Shown in pieces: positions 41,656 through 51,633 of a stretch of DNA of 64,000 nucleotides (the first letter of the stretch is position 1; the number at the start of each line of letters is the position of its first letter). The notes below the pieces were generated by a model. The model had not been told where the DNA came from. It was given only the letters and a program-made list of their open reading frames with translations, and ran no database searches. Origin of the DNA: Anaerovoracaceae bacterium (lineage in GTDB: Bacteria; Bacillota; Clostridia; Peptostreptococcales; Anaerovoracaceae); contig JBGUKU010000099.1 in the NCBI GenBank assembly GCA_045114615.1, forward strand, positions 1,385 through 65,384, read 5' to 3'. A program made the position numbers and the translations under genes.

Positions 41656-44466
41656 CTATCGAAGTACAGATGTAAGAGTCCTCATCAGCACGCCTACATC
41701 AACCGGTTTGGCCACATGACCCTGCATGCCGGCTTCCGCAGCAGCATCTACGTCCTCTTTAAAAGCATTCGCAGTCATTGCTACAATAGGTATCCCGGCA
41801 AGTGCTTTGTTATCAAGGTTCCGTATCGCCCTCGTAGCCTCATAGCCGTCCATGACAGGCATCTGTATGTCCATCAGGACAGCATCGTAGTATCCCGGCT
41901 CTGAAGTCTCAACCATTTCCACTGCGATCTTACCGTTTTCAGCTGTTTCCACATTAAATCCCGCCTGCATGAGTATCATGTTGGCAATCTCCATATTTAC
42001 CAGATTGTCTTCTACAAGAAGGATCCTCTTTGTACTGAAGTCGATTTCCGGCTCAGAAGCCGCTTCACCCGATGCTGAGCCGTCACGGAGTTTTTCCGAA
42101 TCCGGCACATCACCCGCTTCGGCAAGCTTGAACTTCAGCCTTATCACAATCTCGGTCCCGCTGCCCGGAGCAGTCATGACCTCTATGGTTCCACCCATCA
42201 GGTCTACAAGACTCTTTGTGATGGAAAGCCCGAGTCCTGTTCCTTCTATTCCGCTGACAGTAGATGTGCGCTCGCGTTCGAAGGCATTGAACATCCTTTC
42301 GGCAAATTCTTTCGACATGCCTATGCCGCTGTCCTGCACCCTTATTTCATATGTGCCGTAGCCATTGTCGGTCGTTCCGGACTGCCAGATCGAGGCACTG
42401 ACTGAACCGCCTTCCGGCGTGAATTTGCACGCGTTGCTCAGAAGGTTAAGGAGTACCCTGTTGACGTTCTTGCGATCGCACCATACATAGCGATCCTCAA
42501 TCTGATTCGTGTGCACGCTGAAGTTCAGGTTCTTGTCCTTCATCTGCTCAGAGAACAGCTCGCTTATGCCGTCAAATACTGCGTAGAGATCTACAGGAAC
42601 GTATTCCAGCTCCATCTTTCCGTTCTCAATGCGGCTCATCTCGAGAATGTCGTTGATGAGCGCCAGAAGATGCTGACTGGAGTTTTCTATCTTATCGAGA
42701 TATTCTTTGACTTCATCCGATGCCTCGCCGTTTCTGGCAAGATTTGTGTAGCCGATTATGGCGTTCATCGGGGTGCGGATGTCGTGCGACATGTTGAACA
42801 GGAACTGGCTCTTGGCAAGGCTGCTTTCAACCGCATGTATCTTTTCGCGCTCGGCCGCGGCGTGTTTTTCCCTTACGAGGTTCTGCACGTAAAGCATGAT
42901 TGCCAGGCCTGCGAATACCAGGAGAAGCATTATGACTCCTCCTCCTGTGAGCACCTGTCTCATCTGATCCGCATCAGGAGCTGCCAGTACCCGCTTGGCG
43001 AGCCACATCAGCGCTGAATACAGAAGCAGAGCGAACAATATTATGCCTGACGCGGACAGTCCGCTGTACTCGGTAAGTGAGCTCCTCTCTACCGTACGCC
43101 AGTAGAACACGAATCCCAGCAGGCACCAGAGTGACAGAAGCAGGAACGCCTCGCTGCCCATGGCCTCCATCGCCAGGATCCTCGGCACCATCTGTACTAT
43201 AGCGAATATCACAGAGATGGCGGCACCGGTCATGCCGGTGATCATCACCCTGTTATTGCCCTCCATCCGGGCTATCTTATACGCAGCTGCTGAAGTATAT
43301 CCGAAACCTACAATGGCACCGAATGATGTCAGGTCTACAAACCATATGAGGGTGTTGCGGCCGAAAAGCGACAGCACTATAGCTATTGCCATTATGAAAA
43401 GTATGCTGTATGTCGTGCTTGAGAACTTTTCTGAAAGGATGCGGTCCTCGGCCATAGTTGAGAGCACGCGTGTTGTAGCCCGGTAGCCTCCGATAATGCC
43501 TGTCATTATTGCTGAGACGGCGGTGACTGTCATCAGGATGAGACCTGCCTTTCCCATGACGGATCTGGCCACGTGGAACGTAGGGACTGAATCTATGCCT
43601 TTAATCCCGTCCAGCCCGGCGACGTAATCCATCCAGGATGAGAATCCGTCAGGTACGGAAGCAACACTTATGAGCGTCATGGCTATATACGCCATCGTCG
43701 CTATTATTATGGACGTGACGATTATCTTTCCCGACTTTCTGACAGGGAAATTGAAGTGAGCCGTTTCGAAAGATGTGATCTCAAATCCGACGAATGCCCA
43801 CGGAGCCAGAATGGCTATGCTGAATATCGCGTTAGCTCTGCTGATCCCGGCGGTGCCAAATGTCCAGATGAATCCGCTGGAGAATGCATGCGGCAGGCAG
43901 AATACCGAGATTATCGCTATACCCGTTACAAGGATGAGAGAAAACACAGTAAACATCCTCTGAAGAACTGCCTTTGCCGCGATGAACATCAGGCCTACTC
44001 CCGCCAGCACCGCTACAGACAGGAAAGTCTCTTTCAGATATATGGTGTTTCCCGCGACGACATAGCTGATGCCCTTCTGAGCCTCTTCGCCCATCAGAGT
44101 CCTCACTATGATGAACAGCGCAGTGCCGTTCAGGAATACTATCGTCAGATATGACAGGCAGAGAAACCACGAGCTTATGAACGCGTGATCCCTTCCGAAT
44201 GCTTCCTTGGTGTATGTGTAGATACCGCCTGTGATCGAAGTCCTTCCCATGAGGTATGAGATGTTCCTTGCTACGATCAGCATTATTACCATTCCTATGA
44301 GCATGGCGATCAGCGTTCCGGCCGGTCCCGCGACAGGCAGGAACGTCGTTCCGGGCATGGCAAATACGCCCCAGCCGACCATGCAGCCGAAGGCCATCGC
44401 CCACACATCGATCGGCGAAAGATACCTGTCCAGTGGTTTCGTTATATCTCTATCATGCATTTCCAT
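41656..44466 (-). CDS. Hybrid sensor histidine kinase with an N-terminal APC-family amino-acid-permease-like domain
   Basis: 936 aa. Residues 1-~440 resemble APC permeases (LSPIDVWAMAFGCMVGWGVFAMPG...AGPAGTLIAML...GGIYTYTKEAFG), with extra TM segments after them. Then HisKA (FLFNMSHDIRTPMNAIIGY), HATPase (GTGLGLSI) and a C-terminal REC domain (ILLVEDN...DIQMPVMDG). Confidence 0.8.
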   Translation of the reverse strand: MEMHDRDITKPLDRYLSPIDVWAMAFGCMVGWGVFAMPGTTFLPVAGPAGTLIAMLIGMVIMLIVARNISYLMGRTSITGGIYTYTKEAFGRDHAFISSWFLCLSYLTIVFLNGTALFIIVRTLMGEEAQKGISYVVAGNTIYLKETFLSVAVLAGVGLMFIAAKAVLQRMFTVFSLILVTGIAIISVFCLPHAFSSGFIWTFGTAGISRANAIFSIAILAPWAFVGFEITSFETAHFNFPVRKSGKIIVTSIIIATMAYIAMTLISVASVPDGFSSWMDYVAGLDGIKGIDSVPTFHVARSVMGKAGLILMTVTAVSAIMTGIIGGYRATTRVLSTMAEDRILSEKFSSTTYSILFIMAIAIVLSLFGRNTLIWFVDLTSFGAIVGFGYTSAAAYKIARMEGNNRVMITGMTGAAISVIFAIVQMVPRILAMEAMGSEAFLLLSLWCLLGFVFYWRTVERSSLTEYSGLSASGIILFALLLYSALMWLAKRVLAAPDADQMRQVLTGGGVIMLLLVFAGLAIMLYVQNLVREKHAAAEREKIHAVESSLAKSQFLFNMSHDIRTPMNAIIGYTNLARNGEASDEVKEYLDKIENSSQHLLALINDILEMSRIENGKMELEYVPVDLYAVFDGISELFSEQMKDKNLNFSVHTNQIEDRYVWCDRKNVNRVLLNLLSNACKFTPEGGSVSASIWQSGTTDNGYGTYEIRVQDSGIGMSKEFAERMFNAFERERTSTVSGIEGTGLGLSITKSLVDLMGGTIEVMTAPGSGTEIVIRLKFKLAEAGDVPDSEKLRDGSASGEAASEPEIDFSTKRILLVEDNLVNMEIANMILMQAGFNVETAENGKIAVEMVETSEPGYYDAVLMDIQMPVMDGYEATRAIRNLDNKALAGIPIVAMTANAFKEDVDAAAEAGMQGHVAKPVDVGVLMRTLTSVLR

Positions 44467-47400
44467 CTGTCAAAGTTTTTTCATAGCCGAATACGGCGCA
44501 TCCCTTGCGTCCGGCTTCCTTGACCTTATACAGTGTGCTGTCTGCATCACTGAATATGTCTCCCTGCGGATCCTCACGATCCGAGAAAGCTATACCGACA
44601 CTCAGCGATACCGGAGGCAGATCATCTTTAGGATGCTGCAATATCTCGTTAACACGGTTCATCTTGTTTAATACGAGCTGACTCATAGAGCTGTTCGCTC
44701 TGGTCATGATTACAGCAAACTCATCTCCTCCTATACGGCACAGCACGTCGACGGATCTGAAACTCGTCTTGAGAAGTTCCGCCACACGTTTAAGGACACG
44801 GTCGCCGACAGCATGTCCATATGTATCATTCACAGTTTTGAAGTAATCAACGTCAATCAGGATAAGTGCCATATGCTTAGTGTCAACGCTTTCCATAATA
44901 AGGTCATATGCACCGCGGTTGAACAGTCCGGTAAGAGCATCGTGAGAGGCCTCGTGGCTCAGCTTTTCACGTGCAGCACGGTTTTCCTGAAGTATCTGAT
45001 TATACGTTCTTGTGACGAATCTCAGCTCCTCAACACCGGTCGGAGGGATTATCTCCTGGTTCTGCATAAGCTTTACCATGTTAGTAAGCGGCCTGCGTAT
45101 CATCCTGGTAATGATCATAACGATAGCCAGAACGATCAGCAGGAAAAGCACCGTGATCCATGTCTGGAGTTTGACAAGAAGTGAAAGTTTTGTGGAAGCT
45201 TTTTCAAGCTCCTGGCTCGATGACCGTATGAGAGACTTCGTACAAAGCCCTACGTTTTCTCTTATCCTGTCCTTATAGTGCATGTAATTATTATCGAATA
45301 CGAGTGTCTCAGCCAGATCTTTCATCTGCTCAGGAGTAAGACGTCGTTCCTCAGGGGTGAGCTGTACGTTTGCGATGTTTGCAGGCACTGTGCTCATATC
45401 ATACTTTCCGGCTTCCAGGATCAGCCTCATCGCCTTATTTTCATAAACTACAAGCTCATTTGATGAAGCCAGAGCAGCGTTAAGGTTGTCCAGAGCTCCA
45501 CTTTCATCTTCACCGAGGAGTTCTCCGAGACTTTCCACAGCTTTGTCTCTTCTCCTTGTCACTTCAACTTCCTCTATGAAGTCTTCCAGGTATTCCATCT
45601 CTCCTGTTACAACAAAGCAGCGGACACGGTCTGTAAGATAATCCGAGCCGGCCTCCATGTCTGATGCCGCGATCTGAGCAGCTATATACCGGTCACTGGC
45701 AGCCTCCATATACTGATAGCCCTTTGTAACAGATATATCAGCAAACAGAAGTGCTGCTGCAGCAAGGAACGCCAGTATTGTAAAGAATACCGTAGCTGTT
45801 TTGAGCTGTATCGCGCTGTGTGAATCATCATCTATATAGGTCTCTTTTATATCACTGTCACCCTGGGCTGATTCGTTTCTGCGCATCAGATCAAGCTTGA
45901 CCCTGCGGCTCTCGTCGCTTTCCGGCCTGGCATTTTTCTGTACGCTCGCAGCCTTTTTATAGGCAGCATCGGCTTCTTTTTTCTGAAGAATAAACGGTTC
46001 AAACTTCTCAGAAGGAACCGGCTTGGAGAAGAAATATCCCTGAACGATATCACAGCCGATGTTTTTTAACGCTTGGAGCTGTTCTTCCGTCTCTACGCCT
46101 TCTGCAATGACAGGTACTGACAGGAAATCAGATATGCCTATGATTACCTCCAGCATATGAGTATTTCCATCTTCCTTGAAAGCATTCCGTATGAACTGCA
46201 TATCCAGTTTCAGAGCATCGATAGGAAGCGTAGATATCATGTTAAGCGAGGAGTAACCCGTACCGAAATCATCCATCTCGATCTGGAATCCCTTCTCTCT
46301 CAGTCGCTGTGCAGTCTCTATTATCTGTGCTGAATCCTGCGTATATGCGGACTCAGTGACTTCAAGCAGCATGTCACGTCCGCTGAGTCCATGTCTTTCT
46401 GTAAGTTCCTCCAGCGTCTCAACGATATTAGGGTCATACATGTCTATCCTTGATACATTGACTGAAACAGGAACAGAGTACTTGAGCCTGTCTTTCCAAT
46501 CGCGTATCTGTCTTGCAGACTCTTCCCAGACATAATAGTCAAGCTGCTGTATCAGACCGTTTTCCTCAAAAAGAGGTATGAAATCACCAGGGCTTATCAT
46601 ACCGAGCTCAGGATGGATCCACCTTACAAGAGCCTCTGCGCTTGTAAGCACCGGAGTATCAGGTCTCACATCAAACTTAGGCTGATAATAAACCTGGAAC
46701 TGCTTCTCTCTGATTGCAGCCGGGAAAGCTTCTATCAGCTGCTCAGCATACAGCTGCTTTTCATGAAGCATGTCATCGTAAATACCGATCGTTTTGGTAA
46801 ATGATCCTTTTGCGGAATCCGCTGCCATTTTAGCGCGGTCAAACCTTCTTTCTATATCTATGGATCTGTCAGCGCATTCATAGACTCCCATGCGCAGTCT
46901 TATTCTGTTATCCGACAGGCTCTGCTCTGCAAGGCGTTTTGAGGCTCCGTCAAGTATATCTTCGAGACTTCCACCGTGCGGGAGGTAAAGAAGGAATGTA
47001 TCAGCCTCCTGTCTGCATGCCAGGCCGCCCCTTACGCTGACTGTTTCGAGCAGCTGTTCGCCGATCAGACGAAGCACTTCATCTCCGTAGCTTTTCCCAT
47101 ACCGCTCATTGACCATGCGGAAATGATTGACATCTATAATGACAGCGTCCATTTCCTTATCTTTATGATAGTGATCATACTGCTCCGCATAGCGGTAGAA
47201 AAATTCTTTATTATACAGGCCGGTCAGCAGGTCTTTCTCTGTCGACTGGATAATTTCCCTGTCTTCGGATAACTCGATCGTACGCAGTACTCTGGCGTGG
47301 ACCACGTCTACAGCAGGGTATGGCTTCGGTATAAAGTCCGCTGCACCGAGTCTCAGGCTGTCCACTTCAGTTTCCTTTTCAGCAGTCATCACTATAACAG

Positions 47401-47671
47401 GAATATGAGACAGACGATTATCTTCCTTTATCGCTTTCAGCACATCAAGGCCGGACATTCCCGGCATCAGAATATCGAGCAGGACCAGTGAAAGCGTCTC
47501 ACGGTATTGCTCTATCATCTCCAGTGTCTTTATACCGTCCTCAGCAAACAGAACCTCATAGTCATCTCTGAGCATCTCCCCCAGAATCTCACGGTTGATC
47601 ATCTCATCGTCTGCTATCAGGATCTGTCTCTTTCCGTTGACAGTATGAAATACTTCATGGCCTTTAAGCAT
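44453..47671 (-). CDS. REC - degenerate GGDEF - EAL - TM - ~190-aa loop - TM - GGDEF protein (c-di-GMP turnover)
   Basis: 1072 aa. REC (ILIADDE...DILMPGMSG). First cyclase-like domain with RQEADTF in place of GGDEF. EAL domain (EALVRW, DDFGTGYSS). Two TM segments flanking a helical loop. C-terminal intact RIGGDEFAV. Confidence 0.85.
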   Translation of the reverse strand: MLKGHEVFHTVNGKRQILIADDEMINREILGEMLRDDYEVLFAEDGIKTLEMIEQYRETLSLVLLDILMPGMSGLDVLKAIKEDNRLSHIPVIVMTAEKETEVDSLRLGAADFIPKPYPAVDVVHARVLRTIELSEDREIIQSTEKDLLTGLYNKEFFYRYAEQYDHYHKDKEMDAVIIDVNHFRMVNERYGKSYGDEVLRLIGEQLLETVSVRGGLACRQEADTFLLYLPHGGSLEDILDGASKRLAEQSLSDNRIRLRMGVYECADRSIDIERRFDRAKMAADSAKGSFTKTIGIYDDMLHEKQLYAEQLIEAFPAAIREKQFQVYYQPKFDVRPDTPVLTSAEALVRWIHPELGMISPGDFIPLFEENGLIQQLDYYVWEESARQIRDWKDRLKYSVPVSVNVSRIDMYDPNIVETLEELTERHGLSGRDMLLEVTESAYTQDSAQIIETAQRLREKGFQIEMDDFGTGYSSLNMISTLPIDALKLDMQFIRNAFKEDGNTHMLEVIIGISDFLSVPVIAEGVETEEQLQALKNIGCDIVQGYFFSKPVPSEKFEPFILQKKEADAAYKKAASVQKNARPESDESRRVKLDLMRRNESAQGDSDIKETYIDDDSHSAIQLKTATVFFTILAFLAAAALLFADISVTKGYQYMEAASDRYIAAQIAASDMEAGSDYLTDRVRCFVVTGEMEYLEDFIEEVEVTRRRDKAVESLGELLGEDESGALDNLNAALASSNELVVYENKAMRLILEAGKYDMSTVPANIANVQLTPEERRLTPEQMKDLAETLVFDNNYMHYKDRIRENVGLCTKSLIRSSSQELEKASTKLSLLVKLQTWITVLFLLIVLAIVMIITRMIRRPLTNMVKLMQNQEIIPPTGVEELRFVTRTYNQILQENRAAREKLSHEASHDALTGLFNRGAYDLIMESVDTKHMALILIDVDYFKTVNDTYGHAVGDRVLKRVAELLKTSFRSVDVLCRIGGDEFAVIMTRANSSMSQLVLNKMNRVNEILQHPKDDLPPVSLSVGIAFSDREDPQGDIFSDADSTLYKVKEAGRKGCAVFGYEKTLTDGNA

Positions 47672-47688
47672 CTTATCTCTCCTTTATG

Positions 47689-50001
47689 TTACTTGATCAG
47701 TGTTTCCAGTGTCTCAAACAGCAATTCAGGATCTACCGGTTTGCTCAGATGTGCATTGAGACCGGCCTGCATACTGCGCTCCACATCTTCATCAAAAGCA
47801 TTTGCAGTAAGCGCAATTACAGGTATCTCCTTCGCATCTTCCCTGTCCGAGGAGCGGATGGCTTTTGTAGCTTCAAGGCCATCCATTTCAGGCATGCGCA
47901 TATCCATTAATATTGCATCATAATACCATGGATCATGTTCCAGGTATTTTTCTACAGCGATCCTGCCATTTTCCGCAAGATCGACATCTATCTCTCTCAT
48001 GGAAAGCACCATCATAATGATTTCTGCATTAATGGAAACATCTTCGGCCAGCATTACGCGTTTGCCCGCGAGATCAGCCGTTTTGCTTTCCAGTTCAGAG
48101 TTCTTTCTGCGGAATGCATCGCGGAATTCGTCTATAACATTCCCGGCAAACAGCGGCTTTGGTACAAAAGTATCCACTCCTGCTGCACGCGCTTCATCCG
48201 CTATATCGTCCCAGTTGAACGATGTGAGTATGATGATCGGTGTCTCATCTCCTACTATTGAGCGTATCCTTCTGGTAGTCTCGACTCCATCCATTTCAGG
48301 CATACGCCAGTCAATAAGTATCAGATCGTAGTCCTCTCTGCGTCCGTGTCTGATCCGGACTTTATCAATGCCTTCCCATCCTGACTCCGCAGTGTCGCAG
48401 TTGATTCCGATCTGTCCGAGCACTATTTCTGCGTGTTCAAGTGCAACTCTGTCATCATCGATGGCAAGCACGCTCAGCTCTCCGGGATTGAAGTCACCAT
48501 CTTCTGTCTCAACACCGACTCTGTCAGACTGGCCGAGAGTAACTGTTACCGTAAATGTTGTCCCTTTTCCTTTTTCACTCTCGACCTCTATGGTCCCGTT
48601 CATCAGTTCCACAATGCTTTTTGTGATAGGCATTCCGAGACCGGTGCTGCCATACAGGCTGGTAGCAGAAGAATCCTCCTGACTGAAGGCATCAAACAAA
48701 TGCGGCAGGTACTCCTCGCTCATCCCGATACCATTATCGCTTATGGTGAACTTCAGGACTGCTTTATTGTCATACTTTGTGCCTTCCTCTATGGTGAAGT
48801 TGACTTTTCCGCCCTCAGGTGTGAACTTGACCGCATTGCCAAGTATATTGATCAGCACCTGCTTGAGTTTCATGGCATCACCTATGTAATAGTCATCGAC
48901 ATTCCCTTTTATCGTACAGTCATATGAAAGGTTCTTGTCTTTGCACTGACCGCTGATAATGGTATTGACCTGCTCCAGACAGCGTGAAAAAGAAAACTCC
49001 TCCTTCATGATAGTCATCCGCCCGGATTCTATGCGGCTCATATCGAGGATGTCGTTGATGATGCCCAGAAGATGCTGCGCGGATGAGCCTATCTTTTCAA
49101 GATATTCCATTACAGCACTGTTCACTCCTGACTCATTCATGGCTATGTTATTGAGACCAATGATAGCATTCATAGGAGTTCTGATCTCGTGGCTCATGTT
49201 TGAAAGGAATGCTGTCTTTGCTTTATTGGCGTTCTCTGCAGCTGCAAGGGCTTCCGAAAGAGCCTGCCTGCTCTCTGAAAGCTCTTCCTTCTGGAGACGT
49301 TCACGTTCTATGGACTTCTCCAGCTCTCTGCGGTATTCTTCTTTCTCATCTTCAACTACAAAGCTGTGCAGCACGCATGTTCCGAGCATATAACCTACGG
49401 CATAGAACGGCAGCAGCGGATAGAACACCTGAACGCCTATGAGCAGGGTCATCGCGATACCAAACAGCCCTATCGTCATATGCCTGTGCTTTGCCTTGCC
49501 TTCAGCCCTGCTGGTTACAAACATGGTGTAAACTGAAGTCATAAGGAACAGGATGATTTGTATTGCCAGTGTCACATAACGAAGAGTACCGGCATGATAT
49601 GCTCCGCTCTCATCAAACCAGAACAATACCGGATAAAAGAAATTGATAATGACAACAATTACTTCAAATACCAGGAACATGCCTCCTACATAATACAGCA
49701 GGCTTCCGAAGCGGTTCTTCTCTTCAAGGTAAATGACAACATACCTTGTCCACAGCATTACTGCAGCAGCCATGGCGATAAAATGTACGACAGTGTCAGC
49801 ATACAGAACCGAAGTCAGGTTATGTGACTCCAGTATGCCCCACAGCATATCTGTAATATAATAAGCCATAACGCCAAACAAAAAGCTGCGGTAGCTCTTC
49901 TGTGTAGATGTAAGAGCTGCCCTGTCTGCTTTCCACAGCACATCCCTGTTGATAATTAACAGAATGATAGCTGCCAGTATGCCGATAATTGAATACGTCA
50001 T
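47689..50001 (-). CDS. Hybrid sensor histidine kinase (multi-TM N-terminus, HisKA, HATPase, two REC domains)
   Basis: 770 aa. ~6-7 N-terminal TM segments, SHEIRTPMNAIIG H-box, GTGLGMPI G2 box, and two receiver domains (DWRMPEMDG and DMRMPEMDG). Confidence 0.85.
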   Translation of the reverse strand: MTYSIIGILAAIILLIINRDVLWKADRAALTSTQKSYRSFLFGVMAYYITDMLWGILESHNLTSVLYADTVVHFIAMAAAVMLWTRYVVIYLEEKNRFGSLLYYVGGMFLVFEVIVVIINFFYPVLFWFDESGAYHAGTLRYVTLAIQIILFLMTSVYTMFVTSRAEGKAKHRHMTIGLFGIAMTLLIGVQVFYPLLPFYAVGYMLGTCVLHSFVVEDEKEEYRRELEKSIERERLQKEELSESRQALSEALAAAENANKAKTAFLSNMSHEIRTPMNAIIGLNNIAMNESGVNSAVMEYLEKIGSSAQHLLGIINDILDMSRIESGRMTIMKEEFSFSRCLEQVNTIISGQCKDKNLSYDCTIKGNVDDYYIGDAMKLKQVLINILGNAVKFTPEGGKVNFTIEEGTKYDNKAVLKFTISDNGIGMSEEYLPHLFDAFSQEDSSATSLYGSTGLGMPITKSIVELMNGTIEVESEKGKGTTFTVTVTLGQSDRVGVETEDGDFNPGELSVLAIDDDRVALEHAEIVLGQIGINCDTAESGWEGIDKVRIRHGRREDYDLILIDWRMPEMDGVETTRRIRSIVGDETPIIILTSFNWDDIADEARAAGVDTFVPKPLFAGNVIDEFRDAFRRKNSELESKTADLAGKRVMLAEDVSINAEIIMMVLSMREIDVDLAENGRIAVEKYLEHDPWYYDAILMDMRMPEMDGLEATKAIRSSDREDAKEIPVIALTANAFDEDVERSMQAGLNAHLSKPVDPELLFETLETLIK

Positions 50002-50046
50002 GGCTCAATACCCCGATATCAGGCTTTGCCCGAACCCTTCTCTGTA

Positions 50047-50385
50047 TCAGAGAAGGGCTCTGTATTTTTTGAGTTCTTCGTCGATTCTGCTCAGCAGAGC
50101 GGAATAGTCAATATTGTTGCGTGCTCTGAGTTCTTCTGTGATCTCTGAAACAGGTTCAGAGAGAGTGGTGAGCGATACATTTGAAAGAACGCCCTTCAGA
50201 GCATGTGCCCTTTCAAAACCTTCGTTAAGGTCTCCATTCTGAACAGCAGCCTGCAGCTTCTCGAATCCATCATCGGCAAGAGCCATACTGACCATTCTGA
50301 GATAAAAGTCCTCCTTGCCGAGGCATCTGGCAAGGCCTTCATCGGTATTTGCACCGAGCGCTTTAAGATTTTCAATAGTAAGCAT
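50047..50385 (-). CDS. Hpt-domain phosphotransfer protein
   Basis: 112 aa, all-helical, with the conserved HALKGVLSNV histidine motif. AAGGAGAA RBS. Confidence 0.8.
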   Translation of the reverse strand: MLTIENLKALGANTDEGLARCLGKEDFYLRMVSMALADDGFEKLQAAVQNGDLNEGFERAHALKGVLSNVSLTTLSEPVSEITEELRARNNIDYSALLSRIDEELKKYRALL

Positions 50386-50416
50386 TTTGATTCTCCTTGT
50401 CTTTATCAGGTTCTGA

Positions 50417-51619
50417 TCAGCGGTTTGCTACAATAATGTTGCTGACCGAATAACTGAGGCTTGTCCGCTGCCCTTCGCGTATGAAGTGTGAGCTGATTCG
50501 CTGCGACACTACTGAACAATCCTCCTCTGTAGTGTTTATAAGAAGCACAAGATACTGGCCTTTCCCGTATCTTGTAACAGTATCTGTATGTCTTACGCTT
50601 TCAATTATCGTATTTCTTAGTCTTTCGGAAAGCTCTTCAAGGCGGCTCCCTCCACGCATCGGATTACCTTTGCTGTCAAGTATCGTGCAGAGCATCAGAT
50701 AGATTTTCTCCCCGGATCTCTCCATCATTCTCTCTGTCATCCTGTATATCTCCTGGAACACAGGAAGCGAACAGTAGTATCCTTTACGGTCATAGTCCTC
50801 CGGATTACCTATCTTCTGCTGTATTTCCTCAAGGGATTCATGACCTACAACAAGCTTGAGACCGATACGGTTTATGAACTCTCTGACATAACTGTTGGCA
50901 CGGCCGCCATATTCATTCACATATGCATCGACTGTTTTACGGTAAAAGCTTTCCGTTTTGTCGAATTTGCCCAGCCTTCCGAGAGCTTCCAGCGTCAATA
51001 TCTCCCATTCAGAGAAAGGATCCACCTTGCTGGCGTAAACGCTTACATCAAGGAGCTGTTTGTACTTATTCGCATCTCTGAGCAAATCAGTAAGCTCAAT
51101 AACACAGTCTGAAAAGATTTCGCGGTATCTTTCTGCTTCCTGAGCGCTCCATACACTGGATTCGTTACCCGCAAGGAATCTCCCGGCGTACATATAGCAC
51201 GCATCAGTCAGCATATCGATTTTCTGTTCATTCTCTTCGCAGCTCATCGCATTGTTGAAAGCTGTCTCGAATTCAGTAGCGTCTTCTATGACTTCTATAT
51301 CATCACACCAGAAATAGATACCCTTTTTCTTGACAACATACTGGCTGTCCGGAAGCCCAAGCGCTCTGAGTCTTTTGCGCAGATTATATATTATGTTTCT
51401 TATTGAATGTGAAACATCATCAACGTCTCGGTCCCCGAACAAAGCTGCTTTAGCAAGATCTCTCGACAGTCCCTGTTTCCTGAAATGAAGCAGTAGCTGC
51501 AGAAGCTGAACCATCTGTGATTCACTCTGATTGCCGAATGATAATTCGGAATCTTTGTATCTGATCGAGAAGCCTCCGAATGTTTTTACAATGATAGTAT
51601 TGTCTTCATTGCCGCTCAT
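50417..51619 (-). CDS. SARP-like winged-helix + BTAD + degenerate GGDEF-like domain regulator
   Basis: 400 aa. N-terminal IVKTFGGFSI...LLQLLLHFRKQGLSRDLAKAALFGD...IYNLRKRL pattern of the SARP/OmpR DNA-binding domain. A helical BTAD-like middle region. The C-terminal cyclase-like fold has RYGKGQY replacing GGDEF. Confidence 0.6.
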   Translation of the reverse strand: MSGNEDNTIIVKTFGGFSIRYKDSELSFGNQSESQMVQLLQLLLHFRKQGLSRDLAKAALFGDRDVDDVSHSIRNIIYNLRKRLRALGLPDSQYVVKKKGIYFWCDDIEVIEDATEFETAFNNAMSCEENEQKIDMLTDACYMYAGRFLAGNESSVWSAQEAERYREIFSDCVIELTDLLRDANKYKQLLDVSVYASKVDPFSEWEILTLEALGRLGKFDKTESFYRKTVDAYVNEYGGRANSYVREFINRIGLKLVVGHESLEEIQQKIGNPEDYDRKGYYCSLPVFQEIYRMTERMMERSGEKIYLMLCTILDSKGNPMRGGSRLEELSERLRNTIIESVRHTDTVTRYGKGQYLVLLINTTEEDCSVVSQRISSHFIREGQRTSLSYSVSNIIVANR

Positions 51620-51633
51620 GGTCTCACGTCCTC

